Shown here: piece after piece, positions 22,371 to 34,235 of the stretch
Position numbering within the stretch: position 1 is the first letter of the stretch
Layout of the letters: each line of letters begins with the position of its first letter
Assembly (NCBI GenBank): GCA_050575255.1
Contig: JBNZDD010013635.1
Coordinates: 654,947 to 718,946, forward strand
DNA from: Harriotta raleighana
Taxonomy: Eukaryota
DNA: 64,000 bases
Reading direction: 5' to 3'
The notes under the pieces: model-generated
Database searches by the model: none
Seen by the model: only the letters and a program-made list of their open reading frames with translations
What the model was told of the DNA's origin: nothing
Translations under genes and position numbers: made by a program

Positions 22371-24440
22371 CTTGATCACCTCTGGGGTCTGTTGTACTGA
22401 TAAGTGAGAGACCGTGTCTTTGGCCACAACTGTCTGAGTTGGTTCTGCTGTTTTACAAGACTCAGTAGCCTGTTTTAATGTGTCTTGGAGTATCCACATT
22501 ACCTCTTTTTCTCTTGCCAAAATGTCCTTATTACTCCCACGTTCAACAAGCTCCTGAGCAAAACCTTCAATGCTCTCTAAGATGCGTAATAGCAGGGCTC
22601 CATCATCTTCGTCATCCTTACTTACACTAGGTGATAACACAACACTCTCACTCAGTGTTGCGTCTAAGTGATTACTTCCTGATTCAGGAGTCAAAAGCTT
22701 ATGTTCTGTTTGTGGACTGCAGTTTTTCAAGTTAATGTCATTGCCTCTGGAAGAATTGTGTTTCTGTCCGTCTTCTATTGTCTGAGAAAAAGACTCTAAA
22801 TCCATGAGCAATTTTTCAATATCTTCTTGTTGGATATCTTTGTCATTTTTTGTAGTAACCTTTGAGGGATCTGTAAAGTTGTACACCCTTTTTAAATTAG
22901 TGGAACCATTTGGAGAGTCAGACATTGTCTCAACGTGGGTTCTTTTTTGTCCCAAGTTATTGGTGATTGGAACCCCAATTTCTCCTGTTCCCTTATAAAC
23001 CTCAGACGAAGTTTGCTTGTCAAAGTTGAGCTGCGTTAGCCCGAAGAGTCCTTTCCCTTTCGATTCCTGGCCCAAAAGTTTGTCAATGTCACAATCCTCC
23101 TGAATATAAAGAGGCTCCATGGGAACTTTTGATATAACGTCACTCCTCTTGGACAGGAGCTTGTCTTCAGAGGAATGGCTATCAATGTGATTTAATGATA
23201 TTAAGTGAGGTAGTACACTGGATTGATTTACAGCGATTGTATTTTTTTGTTGGATACCATTGTTTTGAAGACTACCGTTACAAGGAAGACCAGGAGCATT
23301 GTCAGGTGGCCTCGTACTCCTACTGTTGGTTTCTTTATGGATCTTTTGTATTTCCATTAGCGGAAGAGATAGGTTAACAGATGGTGATGAATGGACCACA
23401 TCTTCGTATCGAGGAGGCTGATCATTCCCAAATGGGGGATATGGCATTTGCTGCAGGTTATGCAGACTGTTGACCAGTTCAGTGAGATCATGCTGGTTTC
23501 CATGCCCAGATAACCCATGTTCAAGTTCAAAAGGCAACTTCTTCAGGTAGCTGGAAAGCCTGGCCATTACGTTCTTGTATATTATATCGGGATTGTTGCT
23601 GGCATTTCTGTCATCATTCCCAAGGGCCTTGCTCTTAATACACTGCTTAATAATCTCTGTGCATTTCTTCAGGTCCTCTGAGCACTTCAGTAGAATGTCT
23701 AAGCAAACCCTTATGTCCTCTCCTGAGCCCGAATTAACTGCATTATTTGTGTCTAAAATTTTAGCAATTAAATTCTCTTCCAAGAAGTTTTGGAGGTATA
23801 GAGGTGCAGCATTACTAATGTTGTGTTCATGCAATATGCAAAGGTTCGTCCCCTTCTCCTCAACGGCTGATTTCTGCGCGAAACCAAAGGGAGGACAATT
23901 CTCGTCACTGCCAATATGATTGTTGATTGCATCAAAGTCTGCAGATTTTCTGCTGGCCACATCTGGCTTTACTTTTCTTCCTTTCCTCAAGCTCACATGG
24001 TTTGAGGGACACTTCATCTTTTCGAATGAAAACTCTTTCGTTTTGCCGCTTGCCAAATTGATGGCATCGCCAGTGATGTCTTTCAGATTGGACAAACCAG
24101 CTGTGACTTGTCCCTTTTTGACCCTGGCACTGCCAGGCAGAAATGGCTGACAATCCTCGGAGACGATGTCAGAGGAAGCTGCGACGCTTTCAGTGGTTGA
24201 CAACTTGTGAGTTAGGTCGTGAGTCCCCGGGAGTCTTAGACTGCAAGTAGGGAAAGCTGGAGGGCTGAGCAACTCTGAACATACACTGTGATGGGCCACA
24301 CTGCAGTCGATACCGGTAGCGTTCTTCAAAGCCTGGCAAGATCCATTACAGTAGTGTACAGTGTGTTGAAAACGCTGATCAATTGTAACACTATTGTAGC
24401 AGTTTACAGTGCTAACGACCAGCCTGTAAGCTGCCGCCAT
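22371..24440 (-). CDS. PPP2R3A: First coding exon (690 codons) of the PP2A regulatory subunit B'' PR130-type isoform; the gene continues outside the recognisable part of the window
   Basis: The only long ORF. Its translation matches, from memory, the human PR130 N-terminus in colinear blocks: MAAAYRLVVSTVN, GIDCSVAHHSVC, LASGKTKEFSFEK, CLDILLKCSEDLKKCTEIIKQCIK, RLSSYLKKLPFE, QPPRYEDVV, IEKLLMDLESFSQ, ALLLRILESIEGFAQELVE, QQTPEVIK. Similarity ends at a canonical phase-0 donor AAG|GTAAGT (GT at 22370-22369). Kozak context is GCTATGG. Family call is very confident; PPP2R3A vs PPP2R3B is less certain. Confidence 0.88.
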
Positions 24441-25032
24441 AGCACAGGTTCACAGGGAGTTTGCCCCGACTGTTTGTCACAAGAATAATTAATCGAACTG
24501 ATCGTTAGAAACAGCACTCGACCATCAAACTGATGGACTCCTAATGCTTGTCTTGGGATTCCAGCTGTTGCATAAACCCAATGGAAACCTGAATATCCTC
24601 AAGTCTTTCTTGGAAGAAATCGGGTCATAAATCCAGTTGTGGGTTCAGAATGCTTAGCTCCAAAGTCTACAAATGGGATACGTGGCCAAGCTGAAACCAC
24701 TATTAATATGTCAGTATGACTTGCGCTAGTCAAACGATCACATGTCATTTATCACTCAGGAGACTGGTAGGAAGTTCAGTACAGTCACGGTGTCGGTATC
24801 CATTCCCAATATCTGGATATCTGACCTAGATTTAGGCCTGTCACGGTGTCGAAATGGCATTACAATCCACAAGGAGACATTGAGACATTCAAGTGTGAAG
24901 TAATTTTGCCTGTGGTAGGAATCTCCTGCCGGGATCCTAATGCTTGCAGCAGATGTGCTTCACAACATAAGGAATTTGTTAGCTACCCCCTTCAGTGTCA
25001 GCAACCTTCATCTTGTTTTGGCAAATGCATTC
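24441..25032 (-). other. PPP2R3A: Putative 5'UTR part of the same exon, starting at a splice acceptor
   Basis: Minus strand reads ...CTTACTTCTCTGTTTTTTCAG|GAATG (AG at 25034-25033) with a strong pyrimidine tract. No SINE lies between this site and the ATG. No transcript evidence is available. Confidence 0.6.
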
Positions 25033-25571
25033 CTGAAAAAACAGAGAAGTAAGATTGACATTACACATGGAAAAATAATTTTGTGTTTCATTATTAATAA
25101 GATTGCCAGTCAAGCAGATTTTGAATGCCATCTTATTACAGTATATATTAAAACTTTTGAACGAAGGATCAGGTTATATAACTGCATGTATTAAACCAAT
25201 TTAAAGTAAAGGTAATGCCTATGATTAAGTTTAACAGGTTTATTACACACAGATTGCAAAGACTAAATAGAATACAGGAGACGATGGCCCTATAGATGCT
25301 GAAGTCTCCCGTGCAACAGGCAATAAATCTGTCTATTCACCTAATTAAAGTATCCCCTCTTTTCTCATTTGTCGAGGACTCTATGGCAAGTGTGACTCGA
25401 GTAATAAATCAAATCCCTGAAGTGTAAATTATACTGGGAGAGGGAAGATTAAAATTGGTGAAAAGTGCTAAACCAATAGAAAATAAAATGCTGTAAAGAA
25501 ATGCATGCAGTTTAACCCTTTTGAGATCAGGCATTTTTGCATTTTTCAAAATATTAGATCAATAGGAATTA

Positions 25572-25680
25572 GATAATAATAATAATAATCCTTGCATTTG
25601 ATATAGCTCTTTTCACATTTTAGCGACGTCTCAAAGCAGCTTCACAGAATATACTGCAAAGTGAATTGACTGTATATTAA
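25572..25680 (-). mobile_element. SINE 3' fragment
   Basis: (AAT)n CCTTGCATTTGATATAGC...CACAGAATATACTGCAAAGTGAATTGACTG. Confidence 0.88.
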
Positions 25681-26080
25681 TTGCAAATTGTACAAAATTA
25701 TAGATTAATCCGAATTACCACTGTCAGCACATATCAAACCACACCTGTATAAAAGCTAAGTGGGTGTTACCAAAAAAAACTTCGAAAGATTTTAACAGAG
25801 CTATTAAACTTAAACCTGTTTTGGTGCATTCTTTAAAGTGTTGTTCTGGGTTTGTTTTGTCTATCAGGTCACTGCTGAGTTGTCCTCTCTCAAACTGAAC
25901 AGCCTCTAGTGGTGATATCTAACTTGGCCAATTAATTTGGAGGAATGTCAGTTTAATATCTCATCTGAAAGATGCCGTATATGTATACCTCTTGTAATAA
26001 TGTGACATGGGATTGAGGACGGGTGGGAAGGAACTATGCATTCTTGCACATTTGTAAAAGGGGGGGGACAAAAATTTCTA

Positions 26081-26290
26081 CATGGCTCCCCTGATGGCCA
26101 AATGGATGCACAGACACCTCTAATCAAAACAGACCCACAAGTCACAGGTTCAAATCCCATGTTGTTCTGAGTTAGCTGATCTCAGCAGCTGTTTAGCACC
26201 AAGCTGCAGCCCTTCCTTGAGGGAAGCGTTAATTATGGCTTCCTTTCCCTCAATGCCTGGTTGGTGTCCTGACCAGCAGAGAATAAAAGG
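26081..26290 (+). mobile_element. Ancient AmnSINE2-like SINE relic
   Basis: GGCTCCCCTGATGGCC...CAGGTTCAAATCCC (B-box)...CTGAGTTAGCTGATCTCAGC matches the recalled consensus core. Confidence 0.55.
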
Positions 26291-27280
26291 GGTTCACCCG
26301 CCAAGGCCAGTAAATTTATCGATCATCAGTGAATTACTCTACCAAACCCAAATAAAAAAAAATGAGCGAGCAAGGAGCTGGTATGTTTCTGAAATACTTT
26401 TTGGACTATTATTTCATTGGAAGGCGGAGGTGTGGGGGTGGTGGGGGAAGGAGAGAGAAGGATAAAAGAGCAAGTCAAGGTCAGTGTATGGAAAAGTATT
26501 GGCAGAGAGAGAAATCAAGGAGTCTGCAGCTATTACATACTGTATACAACACCATTTCCTGGTGATTATTCAGTTTTCCTGTAAACTGTATACACACACA
26601 CTATTGATCAAATATTTTTAATTGTTTCCATATTTTGTACAGGTGGGGAGGAAAACACACACAAATACAGTTACAGTAGAAAGCAGAACAAATTTCCAAA
26701 TTGTAGCAAAAGTGATATTGATCTGGGAACATTCAGAAAAGTGCTTAATTGATTGGCAAATCTCTGCTTCACAATCTATTTAATCACCAGCTCAGCAACA
26801 ATCCTTAAAAAAAAATCCATCATATTTAATCCCAAAGTGGTCTGATAGCGTTTAATTCCTGCTGGTCCTGTATTGGCTCTTATCGATGCAGATAATTGGG
26901 AACATTGTCTGTTTGGGTCTGATTTTCTGTTAGTGATTTTCAATTTGGAAATTGATGTAGAACAGGAATGAAAAGGAAATGACTTAACACATTGTAGTCA
27001 GACATTAGTACTGGACTATGCTTAGATGCTCACTTATCTATGTTTGACAGAATGGAAAGTACTAAATGGAAAAATACTGTTGCAACTCAGTCTTGAGAAA
27101 CAATGCCCTTAAGATAACATTCTTTAACACTATTCTAAAAGTCATGACTGAGTGGATTACAAATATCTTATTCCTAAAGTGCAAATGTCTACACTTTACA
27201 CTTTAAAAAAATATTTTGACAACTGGAAATGTATCTGCAAACAATTCTTACATGCAAAACTGAGTTATGCTCATTCTCCG

Positions 27281-27412
27281 CATAATAATAATCCTTGCAT
27301 TTGATGTAGTGCTTTATCACGTCTTCTAGACGTCTCAAAGCGCTTCGCAGAATATACGGTTAAGTGAATTGTCTATATATTTGTGGGCAAAACGTGGCAG
27401 CCAATTTTGTCC
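27281..27412 (-). mobile_element. SINE 3' fragment
   Basis: Reverse tail through GTGGCAGCCAATT. Confidence 0.88.
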
Positions 27413-28657
27413 CATGATGAGAAGCTAAACTGAAGATGTATATACACAAAGAATTTGCATGAAAACTAGACTATGCATTAGTTCCTTAACTGTCTGACAT
27501 CAAGCACAACATTTCACGTTTGTTATCCACTAACATTGAATATTGTTGAACTTGCAATATTTTTCTTAGGTTTATTTGTTTTGGGCAAGTTCATTTGGTG
27601 CTTTAAGAGGTACCACAAATGTGTATTTTGCTGAACTGTCTACATAAAGAAATGCTTAAATAAAACAAATACACAGTTATTTAGAATTCCACATTGGCAC
27701 ACAACACAATGGTGGCTAATTGGAAATTTAGCTCCACATTTGTGGGAGCTTAGTCAATAATAATCCTTCTTTAAAATGTAATTTTATTGTTGTTGTTGTT
27801 GATATAGCGCCTTTCATGTTGGGAGAGCTTCACATGATTTTAATGTAAAGCAGTGTACAGTTTGCAAACAGAGCATGTATAACCTGCATACATGTGTATA
27901 ACCTGCATATATCAACGGCCATAAACAGCCATGAAGTGGAAGGCTCATGGAAGTGCTGAGTAACTTATGGTCAATGACATTGCTACTTGGATGAAGCCCA
28001 TTACATTTGATGTAATTCCTTTCGCCTGATGTAGTAATACACAAATGCATGACAGCTCCACCTCAACGCCATTAATCTCTCATGTGGCGTTCACAGAATC
28101 CACAAGTTTTACTATACTGGGGAGATTGACCCTACCTCCCACGTACCACCCAAACCCTGCTAAATGTGCCATTTTTCATCGAGTTGGAGGGCCTTCTGAC
28201 AAATTTGAATACTTTCAGAGCTGTTGACAACGGGCCACAAAAGACATTTTGGAATTGGATTGTATATTTTCAAAGGAGTTTTGAGATTCCAGTATTTCCT
28301 TGAACAAAAACAAATGTGGTTTGTCTCTTCTTGTACTTAATTTTATTATCCTAAGGAGACTGGGTGGTGCTATACTGTGGCTGGAACTTTGTCCATTTAC
28401 CTGCGGGTTTGGATCCTATCCAAACAGATGGGATGAAATTCTCTTCTCCCCGATGGCTGTTAAAATAGAACTAAATTCAAGTGGCGAACTTTCTTGCTTC
28501 ACTGTATGGTGTTACTCTCTTCCACGCCTGTTTGGACGAACTTTGCTTGGATTATTCTGTGCTCTCTTGTTTTATTACTCATGAATTCTCCTGCCGCCTT
28601 TTATTTTCATAAGACTTGCGAGGTAAATGTCACCCTAGATTCTTATGGGGGAGAATT

Positions 28658-28870
28658 TAATAATAAAATAATAATCCTTGCATTTGATATGACGCTTGTC
28701 ATGTCTTCTACATGTCTCAAAGTGCTTCACAGAATATACTGTAAAATGAAGTGACTGTATATTTGTGGGCAAATTGCAACAGCCAATTGTCACAGCAGTG
28801 ACCCATAAACAGTCGTGGATTGAAAATGATCAATTTATTACACTTTTTTTGTGAGGGATTATTATTTCTT
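28658..28870 (-). mobile_element. SINE 3' two-thirds
   Basis: Reverse tail and body up to GAGGGATTATTA. Confidence 0.88.
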
Positions 28871-30237
28871 GTGGTGGGGAATAAACGGTTATTTGTGTCT
28901 CACTGACCACGCTATTGGGAACTTGTATTTAAGTCAAGCGTGCTAGCACAACTTGGCTGCTATTTTGCCTTTTGAGTTTGGGAGGTTGAGAGGGGAGCTC
29001 TGCAAAGTTTCTCTCTGCCCCAAAAGTTAATAATGCAAAGATCAGACTTGATAACCTCCATCATTATCAGTAATTTTCAAGGCTCACCACTGATCTGGCT
29101 CTTAGAAGCTCCAGAACTATGTCATGAAGTGTTTCATGTGTTGTGAAGTGTGTGTATGTGTGAATTCAGTCATCTCTATACATATTTATCCGTATACTTC
29201 TCAAATTCATTTCAAATTGGACACCGTCTCTCTAAAGCAACACAACCTTGACATCAGTTAATAACTCTCAGCATGGGATATGTTTGTACATGATTCTTTA
29301 GTACAATAACCTAAATCAACATGAAAATGCTTGCTTCCTTGCCAGATTGCGGGTTTGGTGATCTCATAGTCAAAGAAAACACATACATTTCTGTGTGTAA
29401 TTGCGTGAAGTTCAGTGGGAACTTCTTCTAATTGTATTCTCCAAATTTCACCCTGGCAGGATCTAGCCCTGTCAATTTCGGAGCGCTGAATCAATCTGTA
29501 AGCCATTACTCCACTTTACTATTCGTTAACTGCTTGCAGTAATAAAGACGTAGGTTGTGGTTTCCAACATACAGTAATATCATGTGGAACTGAGTTTTGG
29601 ACTCACAGAAGCAGAACAAAGAAAGCCTGATGCTTCTGATGAGCAAGATATGGTCCAGCATTTAGAAGTAAATAGCTGCGGAAGATCAGGAATGAGATTG
29701 TAGTGGAAGGAGCAAATCACTAGCAACTTCAATTATTGAGCATAAAAGAGCAATTAATCTGGAAAAGTCCTACAACTTTTAGAACAAGTTTTAAAAAGAA
29801 AGACACAAAATACATTGATAATTCAATAGACCATATCAACGAGCCTATAATGGAATACAATCTAGGAAAACATACTACTGCATAATGTTTGCAAATACTG
29901 TTTCCAATTTAGTCCATGACAGTGGATCTTAAGAGACATATGAAAACTTGCTGCTCATTTTGAATTCTCAGATCAAAGCAACACATGGTTTTGACAGTTC
30001 AGAAGGCACAACATTTGTTGTTAATACTGTACACTGTACATCCATTCAGTGATCCACTTACAGCACACATTAATCTTCTTCGACCTCAGTATTTCTACAT
30101 GATTTATAACGTCATTCTATATGCTGACCATTTCCTCCAGTAGCATTTTCCAGGGTTGTTTAATAGAATCCATTCCCATTTTTATAGCTGTGTTGGCAGG
30201 AGCTAGAATGAAGCTCACCAGGCAGTTTAATTAAGAC

Positions 30238-30531
30238 TAATAATAATAATCCTTGCATTTGATATAGCGCTTTTCATGTCTTTAAGTGTCTCAAAGCACT
30301 TCACAGAAAATACTGTAGAGTGAATTGACTGTATATTTGTGGGTGAAATGCAGCAGCCAATTTCGCACAGCAGTGTCCTACAAACAACCATGGATTGAAA
30401 TGACCAATTTTTTAATTGCTTTCTTTCTTAAGGATTATCATCTGGTGTGTGGAGTAAGGAAACTTGCCCAAGGTTTCGCCCTGCCTGGAATTGTTTCTAA
30501 GGCGAGTGCTCTAATCACTGAGCTGTAGGAT
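30238..30531 (-). mobile_element. Near full-length SINE with a deletion in the head
   Basis: Tail, body, GGAAACTTGCCCAAGGTTTCGCC and GGCGAGTGCTCTAATCACTGAGCTGTAGGA on +. Confidence 0.9.
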
Positions 30532-31062
30532 TGTACTTGGCTCATTCAAACTGTGAAACACTTTCCTGTTATTAGTGATGAAACACTGAATTGTTTGATA
30601 TGCAAAACTGATCACGCGTTGCCGCAAAAACAACTTTCTACAAGTTAGCACATTGTTCTAAAATATTGTGGTCATTAAACCTGTGATGCCATATTGAATG
30701 GAATACGATCATATATGCCAGTCAGATTCAGTAACCCAGCAAAACATCTTTTGCCTACAAGCTACAGCAATCTCAACTGAAAAGTTTGGACAGACTCAAC
30801 CTATTTTCTAAGGAGTACAGGTTCACCCAATAAACCCAGCCACTGGATTGTGGGATGCAATGTGAGTCTGTTGAATTCAGGGATCCCAATGCACACTCTG
30901 AGGCCCCCAAATCTTGGCTAACACTTTCAAGAATTATGGAAGCAGGATGCATAAATCCCTCCAGAGAGATTACACACTGCATTCCAGACAAAGAAAAATG
31001 TTCAAGTATAGGTAAAATGCAAATACAGAGTACTATCTAATTTGAATACAGAAACAACTCCA

Positions 31063-31389
31063 GTGGAGCTCCTGTGGCTTAATGGTTAGAGCACTCGCCT
31101 TGCAAGCATGAGACCTGTGTTCGAATCCAGGCAGTTCAGGGCAAAACCTTGGGCAAGTTTCCTTACTCCACATGCCTAATAATAATCCCTCCAAAAAACC
31201 ACAATAATAAAATTGGTCATTTTCAATCTATGACTGTTTGTGGGACACTGCTGTGCGCAATTGGCTGCCGCGTTCTGCCCACAAAAATCCAGTCAAATCA
31301 CTTTACAGTATATTCTGTGAAGCGCTTTGGGACGTCGATAAGATGTGAAAAGCGCTATATCAAATGCAAGGATTATTATTATTATTATT
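31063..31389 (+). mobile_element. Full-length SINE with apparent 7-bp target-site duplication AACTCCA
   Basis: AACTCCA at 31056-31062 and 31390-31396 flanks the head and the (ATT)n tail. Confidence 0.93.
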
Positions 31390-31959
31390 AACTCCAAACT
31401 GTTTGTTACAATTACGCTTAATGCTAATGGCCTTTGTTTTGTTTTTGCCCATTTTGGTTTCATTTTCTAAAAACAAACAGCGCTAATGACATTGAGGAGC
31501 TGGCTGGGAAAAGTTGCTGAGCTCGACAGTGTGAGGGAACTAGGAATTAAGACATCAGGCACAGTGGAAATGACAAGTGACTGAAGCTCCCTTGGCTACT
31601 GATGCCTACAGATGTTAATTCAAATTGCTGATTAATATACTGCCAGGCTCAAGCAAGCATTCGTCCAAGATACTTTCCCAATGATATTACCAGAACACAC
31701 TGTTAGAAAAAAAATCAAGAACACAGTTCTTTTTTAAAAAAGTGTCACTCCGTTATTTTCTTTCTCTGTCCTTTCTCTCCGCCTTCCCTAAAGATCTTTT
31801 GACTCTTTTTCCTTCTACCGGGTATAGATTCACATCCATATGTGACCCTTGACGATGCCAGTGTTCAACTCATGAGGATAAATAATGGCAGACAGCCAAA
31901 TAGATTCAGTGAATCCGAGAAAAGGGTTAATATAGTAAGTAAATGGGTGCTTGGCCCAC

Positions 31960-32075
31960 AAAAATACACACGACCTTTAACATTCATCTGAACAAGGCAG
32001 TTTAACACTTCATCCAAAGGGCAGTACCTCCAAAAACCTAGCATTCCCTCAATACTGCACCGATCTGTCAAATCA
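31960..32075 (-). mobile_element. Old DeuSINE relic
   Basis: GTTTAACACTTCATCCAAAGGGCAGTACCTCC...GCATTCCCTCAATACTGCAC resembles the reverse complement of the Deu domain. Confidence 0.6.
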
Positions 32076-34129
32076 TTAATTAAATGTTATATATGCAAAG
32101 CATTATGCCTATACATTGAATTTTTTTATCATACATTTAAATTTGTCCAGCAATTCAATTTGTAGCACAATCCCAATGTACTTTGGCTTTTATCTGTGTG
32201 ATCAACACACCCCTATCCCACCCTCCCCTGCACCTTTAAGTAAGTCTGTGTTTGGAATATGGTTGAATAAAATTGGCTCCAAGAGAATATATCAATGGTT
32301 TTCCATACACAGTTGTGCTTGGATGCAAGTGGAAAGTCATTGCATGAGGAGTATAACCTGGCTGATGGGGTGAGCCAGCATTGTTAAATAGTTTTGATTT
32401 GTGCCAGTCAATTGAGTACTATTATAACACCAGCTGGATTTCACAAAGGACAGATCCTGTTAAGACTTAAAATTTGTTTTGACAAAAATCACAAAAAGTT
32501 CTAAAAGTTTCCTCATTAAAGCTGTTATCTTTTTATCCAACTCAACTAAAGGATGTTGGCTAAACAAATTCTGCTGTGCTTGCCAAGATATCAGACACAT
32601 TGTTAAATTGAGAATGTTTGCTTAATAGAGAAATTGTTTAGGATTGGTTTGAATCGTTTCTTCTCGTTCATTAGGATGAAGAAACAAATGTGTCTATTTA
32701 TCCTGAGCTCTGTATCATGACCAGTCTCAGCCAGCTTTGCAACTGATCAACACCTGGAAAATTTTTCATTGATATCCAGTTAGTCAAGTGCTTTGCAATG
32801 AGAATGGACTATTTTTCTTAAAAATTGGTAAGGTTTACCTAACATTGCACAGTTATTTTGTTTCTCCAACCCACAACTCCACTTTGTTATAAAGAGACAC
32901 AGGCTCCATAGGCTCGATAAGCCTCCTTTTACACTTATTGAATCCTTTTGCAGATGGGTTAATGGGAAAGCACATCTAAGGGAGCACTTTCTATTTAAAG
33001 TGCCCCTCACTGCTCTCCTAGAAAATGCCCTTACATTTTGAGCGTAATTAAGCACCACAGACTCAGTTCCTGGTCCACTCCTTGGCTACAACACACCTCA
33101 TATCCAGTAGTTCTGTAGTGCTTAACTTCAGTGGGGGGTGGGTACTTTAGAATGCCCTTGGAACCGATCCTGAGCTACCCGATTCCAGGAACATACAGCA
33201 CAGGCACAGCACACAGTAATCCAACTCTACTTTCCTTCTCCGTTAATGACTCAGTTCTTGGCCAGTTTCACAATGCAAATGCTGCCAAGTGAGAAGATTA
33301 CGTATACTTTTGATGGAGATAACTGGTCAAAAACACCTTGATTGCTGTTTGACGTCTTCAAATGTACTTAGGCTCATAATCTAGTATCTGCATCAATATC
33401 CACAAGTAACCTTCTGTGGGTGTGGGCGAGGGTGGGGGTGGTGGAAGGATTGTAGGAGGAGGAGGAGGAGAGAAAGAGGGAAGTGGGGGTAGTGACATAC
33501 TGATTAATGCATTTAACATTTGTACCTAGAGAGACAACACTGCTCCAAAGATCCATGAAGACAATGCCCACATTCTACTGCCGATATGAAAGGCGCTATA
33601 CAAATGTCATTTTATATTGGATTGTATTATTCAGTTTCTCCACTCTGCAGTTAACACTGCACTGAATGACTTGTTGTTCACTTGGTTAGCCCGCAGGGAC
33701 TGTTATTTAGCTCTGTTGTGCCAGTGCTGGAGTCTAATCGCTACCGAGGAAAAAGGTTGGATATAGTCTGCGTCAACGTACAGCAATGACTTTTAAAAAA
33801 TATATATACAGTATCTTCTCTTTGTTGTAGATTTACAATTGTCAGTAGAAGGAGGAGGGGAGAAAAATGAGCTTTAATGGACTGTGCCATGGAAGACGTA
33901 GGCGATTTACACCCATGACCGTGAACAGCCAATGTGCTCAGTTCCCGATTCCTCAGGCAGTCATATTGCAAGGAGATCTGTCATATCCGCAAATGTTTTA
34001 TTTTCTAATGTCTCTAATCCTAACCATCTTTGTCACCCAGCATCCACACATGAAAGAGTGCTGAATAGCATGGAGGCCAATTATGAGATAAAGTAATGGC
34101 TCCAGTAGCAATTAGATGAGATTCGCCTA

Positions 34130-34235
34130 GAAAACATGCAGTCAATTTACTTCACAATAAATTCTGTGAAGCACTTTGAGATGTCTCGAGATGTGATAAG
34201 GCATTGTATCAAATACAAGAATTTTAACTATTATT
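34130..34235 (+). mobile_element. SINE 3' fragment
   Basis: CAGTCAATTTACTT...TTCTGTGAAGCACTTTGAGATGTC...ATCAAATACAAG. Confidence 0.8.
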
